Source: Candidatus Nezhaarchaeales archaeon (GTDB lineage: Archaea > Thermoproteota > Methanomethylicia > Nezhaarchaeales > WYZ-LMO8). Taken from it: a DNA stretch of 64,000 nt. The position numbers and the translations under genes were made by a program. The stretch spans positions 256,001-320,000 of the forward strand of contig JAWAKK010000001.1 in assembly GCA_038887515.1 (NCBI GenBank). The letters run 5' to 3'. A model generated the notes under the pieces. It searched no databases and was not told where the DNA came from. It worked only from the letters and a program-made list of their open reading frames with translations. Below are positions 20,620 to 31,024 of the stretch, one piece after another (position 1 is the stretch's first letter; each line of letters starts with the position of its first letter).

Positions 20620-21707
20620 TTAATTGTTGATTAGTTCACCATACTCTTCATATACTGCCTTCTCTAACTCGTCGAAGTTCTTGTCCATTAACACATGAGC
20701 TAGGAAGGCTGTGCCTCCAGCACCAACTCCCTCCTTGACGTATCCCTTCTCGTAATAGCGTAATCCTTCATAGGGGGCGTTAGAGAAGTTTAGGTTTATT
20801 GATACTATCGGTATTAAAGGATCTATAGCTTTGAGTAGAGCTACTATGTTTGATGAAGGGTCAGAGGCTATCCACCTTGTCGTGGCAATAATAGTTCTTT
20901 GAAGCTTCACATTAGTATGTTTCGCTAGAGCTATGACCGACGCCATCTGAGTTCCACCTACCAACACTACACATGCTCCCTCCTCTAAGGCCCCCTTAGA
21001 AAGCCAGCCATGGAGACGTGTACCGGATCTCCTAATGCTGAAACAGCTTTCATCGGATCTCGTCTCGTCTCATCGATATTCAACCCCGATTTCTCGAGAC
21101 CCTCCCTCACAACTCCCTCCTTAAGTTCATGAGGATTTAGTGGGGTTGCGCTGCTAACCTTACCCCAAGCATCGTAGCCTAGCGCTACTAGAATTCCTAG
21201 CGCGGTGGTGGTTCCTCCAGGTATGCTCTCACCAAGTAGGTATACGTCGGTTCCACGAAGCATGTGAGCTAGAACTCGGGCTTCACTATAGAGAGCTTGA
21301 GCTACCTCATAGGGTAGTGCTGATCCAGTATTTATTGCCTCGCCCATCTTTCGACTCGGCAAGGCTATATGTGGTATCTTGGGCTCTATGGCTGAGCCAG
21401 TATCGACAATCATGTATGACATGTTGCAAAGTTTTAAGCAAGACCTAGTTATTATTGCTGGAGTTGGTATCCCTTCAGGGGTTACCGGTATGACGTTGAA
21501 ACTCTTAGGTTTTCCGTAGACTAAATACTCCACATCGCAAGCAGGAGTATACAAAGTTAGATCGGGAGTAGCACCTGCAATGCTCACTCCAGGTATCGTT
21601 GACGTCCTTGTTGAACCTATGAAATAGAGGGCCATGACCTTGCCCTTTCTAATCCTGTTGATGATATAATCGACTAGGCCAGCATCGCCAATGATTGAGA
21701 GGTTCAT
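20620..21707 (-). CDS. cobT: Archaeal nicotinate-nucleotide:DMB phosphoribosyltransferase (MJ1598/TIGR00303 type), split by a frameshift
   Basis: IPGVSIAG, PTPAIIT, GESIPGGTTTA, GGTQM and VKEGVGAGG motifs; one more G in the run at 20991-20995 fuses the two ORFs. Confidence 0.88.
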
Positions 21708-21969
21708 TCTACATCACAGGGCATCGAAAGCTTAAATCCAAATGTAAGATTTTTATATTAAACGATAAAACGTTATTAAATACCTTGCTCCTTGACTTGT
21801 AAATGTATCAAGCTAATAAGTTCAAGCACGTTTTAAAGGTTATGGATGGTTTATCCAACCAACTACTCTTTAAGTTTAATCGCAGGCGTCAATTTATAAC
21901 TATAAACTTGTGAGGAAGAGCAATATTGACATCGACAAATTGTCGTGATTCGTGGCCTTTGGTCGCGCT

Positions 21970-22041
21970 TTAGGCATTGAAGTTGAGCATCTCTAGCGGC
22001 TCATCTGCCATTCCATCACCAATTATGACTATGGCCTTCAT
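21970..22041 (-). pseudogene. apgM: N-terminal remnant of cofactor-independent phosphoglycerate mutase (MKAIVIIGDGMADEPLEMLNFNA*)
   Basis: The GDGMADEP motif is the typical ApgM N-terminus; the ORF stops after 23 codons. Confidence 0.7.
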
Positions 22042-22205
22042 GTTCTCTAACCACTCGTTGGCATTAAAATTCCGAGGAAAATATAAATGTTCTGGACGGG
22101 TAATCCATCCATAGTAATTACGGTCAACGAACTTCTAAAGCGTAGGATACTTCATGTAAACCCTCAGCTCGTGCAATTACTACAGGAGAACGAAGGTGAA
22201 GATTT

Positions 22206-23168
22206 GTGGAGAAACTTGACAGGCTCTGCTCTAGGATTCGAGCTTTGTTAGAGGAGGCTGTGAGGAGAAACTTATCTGAAGGATTACTTCTATCTGGAGG
22301 CCTAGATACAAGCATATTAGCTGCTGTGGCCTCAAGGTTCGCATCCCCTAAAGCCTTTACTGTCGGGTTCGATGGTGCTCCAACACCGGACATCGAATAT
22401 GCAAAGATTATTTCTTCAAAGCTTCAGCTTAAACATGTAGTACATCGATTTAGCTACGAAGAGTTGTGGGAAGCCATTAAGGAGGTGATTAGGATCTTAA
22501 AGACCTTTGACCCGATGGAAGTTCGCAATAGCGCGGTCCTCTACGTTAGCTTGAGATTGGCCAAAGAACATGGGGTGAAGACGGTTATGACCGGTGATGG
22601 TAGCGACGAACTCTTCGCAGGGTATAGCTTTCTATTTGGTTTAAGTTATGAGGAGCTAAAGTTGAAGTTAAAGAAGCTCTGGGAAAACATGCACTTCTCA
22701 TCAATACCATTAGCGAAAGAATTGGGCCTGGAGGCAAAGCTTCCATTCTTAGACCCGGAGTTTAAGTCCTTCGCAATGAGTATAAGCCCGAGATACAAAG
22801 TTCGGCGTAAAGGAGGTAAGGTTTATGGAAAATGGATTCTTCGCAAGGCCTTTGAAGGAATATTACCAAACGAGATAGTCTGGAGAGATAAAGCCCCCAT
22901 AGAATTTGGTTCTGGAACGGCCATCCTACCAGAGCTATTCGACGAAAGGATATCAGACGATGAGTTTGAAGCGAAGAAGCGTGAGTACCTTGAATTGGAT
23001 GGGGTGTCGATCAGGAGCAAGGAGCAGCTTTTCTACTATGAGGTTTATCGATCAATAGTGGGTAGACCGCATCAAACCAACGTAAGCGGAAAGTCTTGCC
23101 CCTATTGCAAGTCCAGCGTTAGCGAGAAGGCAACGTACTGTAGAACATGCGGTGCATATCCAATTTGA
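22206..23168 (+). CDS. Asparagine synthase C-terminal (PP-loop) domain protein with C-terminal zinc ribbon
   Basis: LLSGGLDTS, TGDGSDELFAGY, PFLD and KWILRKAF motifs; CPYC...CRTC; no glutaminase domain. Confidence 0.85.
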   Translation: MEKLDRLCSRIRALLEEAVRRNLSEGLLLSGGLDTSILAAVASRFASPKAFTVGFDGAPTPDIEYAKIISSKLQLKHVVHRFSYEELWEAIKEVIRILKTFDPMEVRNSAVLYVSLRLAKEHGVKTVMTGDGSDELFAGYSFLFGLSYEELKLKLKKLWENMHFSSIPLAKELGLEAKLPFLDPEFKSFAMSISPRYKVRRKGGKVYGKWILRKAFEGILPNEIVWRDKAPIEFGSGTAILPELFDERISDDEFEAKKREYLELDGVSIRSKEQLFYYEVYRSIVGRPHQTNVSGKSCPYCKSSVSEKATYCRTCGAYPI

Positions 23169-23371
23169 CCTCATCGCATGCGATGCAAAATTATTATCTA
23201 CTAAGAGTAACCTGCTTTGAGACCTTAATAAATATGCTCGACTATTAGTTCATACGAGACAACAAAGTAACTGAGGGTTACTTGGAGGAGCTAGCGTGGA
23301 AGGTAAGGATCGAGAGGGCTATTGGGGGTAAGTGACCTCTTAAGTTTCATAAAGCCAAGTCAAGTAGGCTC

Positions 23372-23953
23372 TTAGACGAAGTTCGTAAGGAGATTACAAG
23401 GATCACCTATTACTCGACTACGATCACATGCTGATGCACTTAAAATGGCTTTGAGCCTCTTAATAATTTCTTGGATGACCTTCCTAAGCTCGTTGTAGTC
23501 TCTAATTATTACATCCCTAACGTTTATGCATAACAAAGGCTTAACTCCATTAAGTTTTTCAACTACCCTCTCAAGTCGTGTAACACCTACGCTTCGAACA
23601 CTCGTGGTAATGATTATAGGCTTAATAGCGATGTACCTCTTGAGGATTTCTTGAACTGGCGATGACAACGTGTCAATCCATATAGGCGATGCGACGATTA
23701 AGGCATCGTAGTTGCCGGGATTTAGATCGCTTGGCTCAAGCCTACTACTGGTCCCTCTTCTAACGAATGTATCGTACATGAGCCTGAGGTTAACGTGAAG
23801 CGGCTTGAAATATTCCCTCAATGGGACAACCCTATAAACGTCGACCATAAAGCCCTCGTTAGCGAGGCTCAGCTTTAGTTCATTGACGACGCGCTCTGTA
23901 CACCCAGTTCTAGAATAATACACTATTGATATCTTCACATCACCGCTTCTCAT
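23372..23953 (-). CDS. Flavodoxin-like protein
   Basis: VYYSRTGCT and YDALIVASPIW motifs. Confidence 0.75.
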   Translation of the reverse strand: MRSGDVKISIVYYSRTGCTERVVNELKLSLANEGFMVDVYRVVPLREYFKPLHVNLRLMYDTFVRRGTSSRLEPSDLNPGNYDALIVASPIWIDTLSSPVQEILKRYIAIKPIIITTSVRSVGVTRLERVVEKLNGVKPLLCINVRDVIIRDYNELRKVIQEIIKRLKAILSASACDRSRVIGDPCNLLTNFV

Positions 23954-24377
23954 GGTATGGTAAATATGGTAGTCCTCAAATTAATGTTGTGCTAAACCGA
24001 GCCTTTCAACATAGTTTGGTGCTTTGATAACCCCTAGCATAAACATGGTCTTAAGTTAGAAGTTGCAGGTTAAGGACTTAGGCCTTCTTCCACTCTTTAT
24101 AATGGTATTCGCATATACCCTCAATTTTCGGCACATATTAGGAAGGTATCGTTAGATGTATAATTCCGAAACCCTCTCTTAGAATCATTCACCTTCTTAT
24201 CCTTGGACGCAAAACGTTCTAAACCTATAAAGAAATTTTAAGGATTTACTTTTCAACTTTCACTACGGAACCTTCTTTAAAATCATGACCTTCAATTCTT
24301 TGATTGGCACCGATAACCTGAGCATCGTGTTATTGAGTTTACGGATAATAGTTGTATCGCTTACATTCTTGGCAAGA

Positions 24378-25685
24378 TTAAAAGTTATGTTCTATTTTTC
24401 CCACTGTCTTCTTGAACTTTTCTATTCGTTCATAATGATTAACTATGGGCTCAGGGTAGCCCTTTATCCTATACCTTATTGGATCCTGTATCTCTCTACA
24501 CTCATAGTCTCTCAACTCTGGGATGTACCTTTTTATGTATATGCAGAAAGGATCATACTTCTCCGCTTGTCTTATTGGGTTGAACACTCTAATAGGTAGA
24601 GGGTCTACGCCGACCGAGGCTGACCATTGCCAGTTGCCTATGTTTAGTACTTCGTCATAGTCTATAAGGTGTTCTTTGAAGAATTCCTCTCCAATCCTCC
24701 AATCTACAAGGAGGTCCTTAACTAAGAAGTTGGCTACTATCAATCTCACTCTATTATGTATCCACTTTTCTGCCTTCAATTGTCTTATGCCCGCATCAAC
24801 TATCGGATAGCCAGTCTCTCCTTTTTTAAAAGCATTAATTATGTACTCATCATTTTCCCACGTTATGCCTCTCATGTTAGGTTTAAGCTCCATGGACCTC
24901 ATATGAGGGTACTTGCGTTTTAGATGATAGTAAAACTCTCTCCAAGCTAGTTGTCTTACAAACTCTTCAGAGAACTTTATGGCTCGATTAAATATCTCTC
25001 TAACTGAGACTATGCCGAGACTTATGTACGGAGACAGCCTCGAAGTAGCGTCTAAGTGCGGGTAGTCTTTGACCATATTGTACTTTTCGAAGTTAAAGGA
25101 TTGTAATCTATAAGTCCCCCAGTCGGCCTTCCATACATTGTCCTCGAAGACTCTCCATCCTTGTCTTTTGCACAGCTCCTCTATATCCGGCTCGTCCATC
25201 TCCATGAAACTACGAATCGAGACTTCTTCAGTAATTTGAGAATCAACAAGTCTTCTCCACTGCCTATAGAAGTTTGTGAACGAACTCAATAATGAAGGAC
25301 TAGCTAGGACGTTGTCAACTACCTCGACAAACTTGATACCGATTCTCTGGCAGAGGTTCTTGACTTTTTGTATCATCAAGTCCTCATTCCAAGAGAGGGA
25401 CGAGGCTGTGTAAATGGCGTCGAACCTGTACTTTCCAAGTAGGTCTTCAAAAACTTCGCATGTTTTACCATAGAGTACGTGGAGCCTTATCCTTGCTCCT
25501 AGACTTTTCAAAGCATCTAAGAGAAAATTAAAACGCAGATCTTCAGAGCCAATCCTTCGATCTCTCAAGATGTCTGGATCAATTACGAAGATCGTTGTTA
25601 TCTTACTGGCTTTCGATACCGCTTCTGCAAGCGCTCTATTATCCCTTATCCTCAAATCGCGTCTAAACCAATAGAGAACCTTCAT
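24378..25685 (-). CDS. phrB: Deoxyribodipyrimidine photolyase
   Basis: WFRRDLRIRDN, TSRLSPY, QLAWREFY, TGYPIVDAG, HNRVR, GNWQW and RVFNP motifs. Confidence 0.95.
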   Translation of the reverse strand: MKVLYWFRRDLRIRDNRALAEAVSKASKITTIFVIDPDILRDRRIGSEDLRFNFLLDALKSLGARIRLHVLYGKTCEVFEDLLGKYRFDAIYTASSLSWNEDLMIQKVKNLCQRIGIKFVEVVDNVLASPSLLSSFTNFYRQWRRLVDSQITEEVSIRSFMEMDEPDIEELCKRQGWRVFEDNVWKADWGTYRLQSFNFEKYNMVKDYPHLDATSRLSPYISLGIVSVREIFNRAIKFSEEFVRQLAWREFYYHLKRKYPHMRSMELKPNMRGITWENDEYIINAFKKGETGYPIVDAGIRQLKAEKWIHNRVRLIVANFLVKDLLVDWRIGEEFFKEHLIDYDEVLNIGNWQWSASVGVDPLPIRVFNPIRQAEKYDPFCIYIKRYIPELRDYECREIQDPIRYRIKGYPEPIVNHYERIEKFKKTVGKIEHNF

Positions 25686-26591
25686 TGATTGTCCCCAGCA
25701 AGTATTGATCCAACGCTTATTCCTTCACTCCTAAGTTCCTCAATTAGCCTGGCGATAGCTCTCTCCTTCTTTTTAACCTCTATGATTATGTCCACGGCTT
25801 TTACTCCATCTAACAGCGAAATCAAGTCTTTAAAGTCCTTTACATCAACGTAGTCTCCATGCTCGCCGAAGCGATGCGGTCTTTTTTGGAGCTGACGATA
25901 AATGAACCTCAGGAATTTTGTCACCACAAGTAGCAATTAGCCTATCTACGCTAAACTTTGACGGGTTCAGCATGTGATGATAATAGTCGAAAACCGCTGG
26001 GACACCAAGTACTTCAGCCATTTCTATCACTTCGGAAATGGTGTAATGCCTCTCGTCATTCTCTAACGCAAGCCTCTTTATAAGCCACTGATTTCTCTTC
26101 AATGCCTCCTCAAGCCTCTTAACCACTCTCCTCTTGTCTTTGTAGACACCCCCGACATGTATGACGACAACGCTCTCACTTCCGAGACCTAACGTGTCGA
26201 GCACCCAGAAATGGTATTTTAGCTCCGCAAGAGATCTATTCAAGACCGCTTCATTAGGACTACTAAGTACTACGTATTGGCCCGGGTGCATGGTTATTCT
26301 GATGCCATAATCTCTTATAACGCTGGATACCTTCATTAGGACCTCTCCAAGCTTTTCAAGCCACTCTAACTTAAAATTCGGATGAGAGGCGAACGGAATA
26401 AAACTAGAACCAAGCCTAAATATCGCCAAATTCATCCTCCTTGAGAGCTCTAAAAGAGCTATAAAGTCCTTCAAGTTCTTTTCGAAGGTTCTTAGCAACG
26501 TTTCTTCATTTAGATTATGAAGCTTTACTTTATGATTTGTAGAGAGCTTATTATCACTTGTCGAACAGAAGAATCCTAGTCCTATCCTCAA
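25682..26591 (-). CDS. uvsE: UV-damage endonuclease, split by a frameshift
   Basis: FRLGSSFIPFASHP, TMHPGQY, IHVGG, LALENDE, FDYYHH, EHGDY and IEVKKKE motifs. Removing one A at 25882-25887 joins the ORFs. Probable TTG start at 26591. Confidence 0.9.
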
Positions 26592-26959
26592 TGAGATGCA
26601 CCAATTCCTTATGAAGAGAGCCAAAATTAGAATTTAAGTATTTTTACATCAAGTCAAAATTATCCCGTATCTGATGGACTTGAAGATTCATTAATATTAT
26701 GAGGGGTCTTCTTTGGATAAGATTTTCAGTGGAAGTTAGGGGTCTGTTCCTGCTGACAGTTAAAACTTCATGTATCTTATCTATTTAGCGTCGTTACGGT
26801 AAGCCACGAATATTTGAAGCGTCTTGAGTTATATTAAAGACTTAACGATATATGCCTATATTTGAACTTAATACTTTTGTAGAGACCATATACATACATT
26901 TATCCGTTAAGTTAACGTTTAAGAGGGTCGCGAGATAGATTTTAAGGGGGTGTTTAATT

Positions 26960-27499
26960 TTGAAGAAGGATGTAGAAACCTTCCACTACCTGCTTCATCC
27001 TAGACCGGTCGTTTTAATTTGCTCCGTTGACGATGAGGGTAGGCCGAACGTCATGGCTTGCTCATGGATTACTCCGGTAAGCGAAGAACCCCCAATAATA
27101 GCTCTCTCGCTTTGGAGGAGGGGCTATACTCATCAACTCATAGAGGTCAAAAAAGAGTTTACAGTTAACATACCCTCGGCCGACATGGCCAGAGCCGTGT
27201 GGATAGCAGGCTCTAGGAGCGGTAGGAGGACTAATAAGTTCGCTATAACTGGACTCACAACCCAACCAGCTAAAAAGGTAAGCGTCCCAATAGTAGAACA
27301 ATGTATAGGGCACTTGGAGTGTAAGCTCCTCGATTACGTAAAGGCCGGTGAGTGTAACATCTATATAGCTGAAGTGGTAGCGGCCTATGCCGATGAAGAG
27401 CTATTAAACAATGGCATATGGAACGAAAGGGCTAACGTACTATTGCACGCTGGGGGGAAGCTTTTTACAACACCTCAAGCATGCTTTGAGGTGAAGTAA
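26960..27499 (+). CDS. Flavin reductase family (DIM6/NTAB)
   Basis: HPRPVVLI, NVMACSW, EFTVNIP and HLECK motifs. Confidence 0.88.
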   Translation: MKKDVETFHYLLHPRPVVLICSVDDEGRPNVMACSWITPVSEEPPIIALSLWRRGYTHQLIEVKKEFTVNIPSADMARAVWIAGSRSGRRTNKFAITGLTTQPAKKVSVPIVEQCIGHLECKLLDYVKAGECNIYIAEVVAAYADEELLNNGIWNERANVLLHAGGKLFTTPQACFEVK

Positions 27500-27502
27500 C
27501 GA

Positions 27503-27895
27503 TTGAAGGGATCGGTACTCATAAAAATAACCTTTGAGTCAGGCCTCTGTATAAAATGCAGAATAACCACCCATGAGAATCCTAAGATTGCTGAGGCCCT
27601 ATTATTGTCATTACCATTTGAATCTGAAACTAAACGTTGGGGGGACGAGGTTTACTTCTCAGTACCCTTTTCTGCTCAACCAGAGAAGCTCCAGGAAGTG
27701 GTCGATGTGGGCAGTGTTGCCTATTGGCCTGAAGAACCATCACTATGCCTGTTCTTTGGGCCGACACCCTCAAGTCCGAGCGCAGAAGTGATAAAGCCTT
27801 ATAGCCCGGTGGGAGTCATAGGCAAGGTTGTTGGAGATCCGAAGATATTAAAAAATGTGAAGGATGGGGAGAGGGTAAGGGTGGAGAGGGGGTAG
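27503..27895 (+). CDS. Cyclophilin-like fold protein (TM1367/DUF369 type)
   Basis: RWGDEVYF, VAYWP and LCLFFGPTP motifs. Confidence 0.85.
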   Translation: MKGSVLIKITFESGLCIKCRITTHENPKIAEALLLSLPFESETKRWGDEVYFSVPFSAQPEKLQEVVDVGSVAYWPEEPSLCLFFGPTPSSPSAEVIKPYSPVGVIGKVVGDPKILKNVKDGERVRVERG

Positions 27896-27916
27896 CACCT
27901 TACTTTCAATTTGTCG

Positions 27917-29083
27917 TCATCGTGTATACGACGACAACACTTCTAAAGCAGCTTTGGTCATGTCCTTCTTGGGCTTGTAGCCCATCCTCTGGAGCGTTAA
28001 TTGAAGTGATGAAACTAAGGCTAGTATGTCGCTTGGAGTTATCCAGCCCATGTGACCTATTCTAAACGTCGTCTGTCTAAACTGGCCTGAACCTCTTGCC
28101 ACCGTTACTCCTAAACTCTCCATCTCAACTCTTAATTTAGCATCATCGAGCCCTTCTGGCTTATACACAACGGTTACTGTGTCTGATTCAAAGCCTCTTT
28201 TTGCAAAGACTTTCAAGCCCGAGACCCTTATAGCGGCCCTTACAGCTTCTGCTATAACTCTGTGCCTCCTAAACCTCTCTTCTAAGCCCTCTTCAAATAT
28301 CGCATCTAGGGCTTCGTTGATTGCGTACACCATACTTACCGGTTGCGTCGAATAATAGTTCTCAGGATTCCTTACAACCTTAAGCCACCCCTTTAAGTCG
28401 CCGTAGAACGTCGGCACATCGTAATCTCGTGATTCGAGCTCCTCTAAGAAGTTCTTTCCTACGGCTATTAAAGCGCAACCAGGTGGAGCACCTATACCTT
28501 TTTGACTGCAACTTCCGCAAATAGTTATTCCCCAATCGTCGCACCTCACGTCCATAGCCCCAAGAGAGGCTACTGCGTCGACTAGCAACTTAATACCGTG
28601 TTTTAAAGCGACATCTCCTATCTCATCTATGTAGGATATTACCCCCGTAGAAGTTTCAACGTGGGCCACCGTTATTGCCTTGAAGCTTTTCCTTTTTACA
28701 AGTTTCTCTACATCCTTACCGGTAAAGCCCCTACCGTTCAACATCTCAACAGTTTTCGGAATCCCTCCAACCCTAAGTACCATATCCCTGAACCTTGAGC
28801 TGAAGAACCCCGTTACAAGGCAAAGTACTCTATCTTTAGGCCTTACGACGTTTGATACCATTATCTCTTGAGCTAACGTTCCGGTGCCAGCTAGTAAGAA
28901 AGCTTCTCCCTTAGTCTTGAATAGTACCTTGAGCTTCTCCACAACAGCCTTGTACTTCTCCATGAAACCCCTATAGGAGTGAGGCTCAACAGGTCTACTA
29001 AGAGCCCTCAATATTCTGGGGTGCACGTACGTCGGTCCAGGAGTGAAGAACAAGATCTTTTCACTTAGGAGTTCGCTTGGCAA
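27917..29083 (-). CDS. Class V aminotransferase (serine-pyruvate/alanine-glyoxylate type)
   Basis: FTPGPT, HVETSTG, VDAVASLG, SQKGIGAPPG and FRIGHMG motifs; TTG 29083 with AGGAG SD is preferred over the track's 29140. Confidence 0.9.
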   Translation of the reverse strand: MPSELLSEKILFFTPGPTYVHPRILRALSRPVEPHSYRGFMEKYKAVVEKLKVLFKTKGEAFLLAGTGTLAQEIMVSNVVRPKDRVLCLVTGFFSSRFRDMVLRVGGIPKTVEMLNGRGFTGKDVEKLVKRKSFKAITVAHVETSTGVISYIDEIGDVALKHGIKLLVDAVASLGAMDVRCDDWGITICGSCSQKGIGAPPGCALIAVGKNFLEELESRDYDVPTFYGDLKGWLKVVRNPENYYSTQPVSMVYAINEALDAIFEEGLEERFRRHRVIAEAVRAAIRVSGLKVFAKRGFESDTVTVVYKPEGLDDAKLRVEMESLGVTVARGSGQFRQTTFRIGHMGWITPSDILALVSSLQLTLQRMGYKPKKDMTKAALEVLSSYTR

Positions 29084-29104
29084 TCGAACTATCGACTCCT
29101 GCGA

Positions 29105-29179
29105 GCTTTCTTTGGTGTTTATGCGGCGTCCGGCTCCCACATCGGCGGCTACCTCCGCCGCTAAATGCTGGCGAGAGGT
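29105..29179. other. GC-rich self-complementary intergenic element (candidate structured RNA)
   Basis: GCGGCG(29123-28)/CGCCGC(29156-61) competes with CGGCGG(29143-48)/CCGCCG(29155-60); G-U-extended outer stem on the + strand. Confidence 0.4.
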
Positions 29180-29221
29180 AAGAATTTAAACTTTGTCTTA
29201 TTCTGAAAGATCCCGATAATA

Positions 29222-29896
29222 ATGATAAAGGTCGAAGAATGTATAGCATCCCTAGGCGTATTCTTAAAGTGGTGTATACTTCAAGGCGTTAAAGTTTACG
29301 ATTCAAGTTCTCGGGAGTTTGTCGTAAATGTAGTAAAGAGGACCCTAGAAGAGGTCAGATGCGCCTTAACTTTTGAGAACTTAAAGGACCATCCTATAAT
29401 TAGAGCGTTTAGAGACTTTTACTGGCGCTTAGGCATAGACCCAACAAAGGTTAGGCCCTCCGCTGAAGCCCTAATAAGGAGGGCTCTAAGATATGGCTCC
29501 ATACCTCTTATAAACAACATTGTGGATTTGGGCAACGTAGCGTCAATGAAGACAATGATACCTATAGGCATTTACGACCTGGACAAGGTTTCGTTACCCC
29601 TTACGCTCAGGAGGGCTTGCGAGGGCGAGATTTTCTACCCTATAGGAGGCAAACCGGTAAGTCTAAGCCGTAAAGAAATAGTACTAGTCGATTCAAATAA
29701 CGTAGTAATCCACGTTTTCCCTCACCGAGATTCTGCGCATACCATGGTTAGAGAAGACACCAAGAACATATTGATATTGGCTTGCGGAGTTAACGGTGTA
29801 GAAGAGAGAAAGGTCCAAGAAGCTGTAGAGATGGCCTCAAAATTAATACTGTGGTTGTGTAGTATGCAAACACCGAGTAACACCTCAGAGCGGTGA
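29222..29896 (+). CDS. B3/B4 domain protein (PheRS beta editing-like)
   Basis: IDPTKVRPSAEALIRR, INNIVD and IGIYDLD motifs. Confidence 0.85.
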   Translation: MIKVEECIASLGVFLKWCILQGVKVYDSSSREFVVNVVKRTLEEVRCALTFENLKDHPIIRAFRDFYWRLGIDPTKVRPSAEALIRRALRYGSIPLINNIVDLGNVASMKTMIPIGIYDLDKVSLPLTLRRACEGEIFYPIGGKPVSLSRKEIVLVDSNNVVIHVFPHRDSAHTMVREDTKNILILACGVNGVEERKVQEAVEMASKLILWLCSMQTPSNTSER

Positions 29897-30022
29897 AGGA
29901 AGAGACTTATAACGCTCAACAGTCTTTAAGAGTAAACATTATATTACACTCCTGCTCGCAGTCTCACAGCTCGAAGTTATTATGGCACTTTTGGCTCCAC
30001 TTAATTTCGAGGTGGCGAAATC

Positions 30023-31024
30023 ATGCGTTCTTGCGAGTTAGTTGTTTGGATTGCTACTGGAAGATGCAATCTAAGCTGTAGGCATTGCTATGCTTCACGT
30101 TTTGTTAACTTTAAAGAACTATCAACTGATGAAGCCTTAAGAATGGTTAAAGGCTTAGCTGAAATTAAGGCTAAGCACCTATCGATCACAGGCGGCGAAC
30201 CGACGCTCCGGGACGATTTACCCAAAATAATTATGGAGGCCCAAGATAGGGGTCTTGAAGTAAGCGTGGTCACAAATTCCCTTCTATTAAAAGAGGAGTC
30301 TATGGAGTTCCTGGCCAAGAGAAACGTGGAAGTCCAAGTTAGCATTGACGGTGTTACGAAGGAGTCGTTTACAAAGATAAGGGGGCCATTCTTCGACACG
30401 TTACTAATCAAAATTCAAAAACTCAAAGCTCTTGGAACCAGCCTAAAGCCAATAATGACCATAAACGCGATAAATTACCGCGAGACAGGAGATTACGTAA
30501 AGTTATGTGCAAATATGGAAACTTCAGGAGCAGCCCTAATTCCTCTCATACCCGTTGGGAGGGCGGATAGGGAGTTGATGCCTGATAGCGAAATGGTCAT
30601 GGAGTCCCTCATAATGGCTGCTCAAGTAGCTGAAGAGTTGGGCTTTAGCATAGAGCTTTGGTGTTCACCGTTTGCGCGTTCTTTCCTGGCTTCCAAGCTG
30701 GTTGAGGTTAGTCCCTGCATGATAGCTTTAGGTCTCGACATCGCTCCTGACGGTAGTATACTTCTTTGCGATACCTTAGATGTGAAGGTTACGTCAATCG
30801 ATGTAGGCATTCCGAGAGCTTGGGAGGAGTATTTGAATAGCGAACTAGTGAAGAGCTTGAGCTCGCCGAGCCTCAAAGTACCTTGTAAAACATGTAAATA
30901 CGTAGAAGATTGCCTTGGAGGATGTCACGCAAGGGCGAAGGCGCTCTATGGAGATTTAAAGATGCCCGATCCGCTATGTCCTATCGCCTCGAAAGCTAGA
31001 AACAAAGTTTCTAAGCTTTATTAG
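30023..31024 (+). CDS. Radical SAM/SPASM domain protein
   Basis: CNLSCRHC, TGGEP and C-terminal CKTCKYVEDCLGGC...DPLC motifs. Confidence 0.9.
   Translation: MRSCELVVWIATGRCNLSCRHCYASRFVNFKELSTDEALRMVKGLAEIKAKHLSITGGEPTLRDDLPKIIMEAQDRGLEVSVVTNSLLLKEESMEFLAKRNVEVQVSIDGVTKESFTKIRGPFFDTLLIKIQKLKALGTSLKPIMTINAINYRETGDYVKLCANMETSGAALIPLIPVGRADRELMPDSEMVMESLIMAAQVAEELGFSIELWCSPFARSFLASKLVEVSPCMIALGLDIAPDGSILLCDTLDVKVTSIDVGIPRAWEEYLNSELVKSLSSPSLKVPCKTCKYVEDCLGGCHARAKALYGDLKMPDPLCPIASKARNKVSKLY

Noticed and set aside
29893-30081. 62-aa ORF as a RiPP precursor for the radical SAM/SPASM enzyme
   Set aside because: It overlaps the enzyme start out of frame and has no leader/core pattern; no RRE or exporter is nearby.
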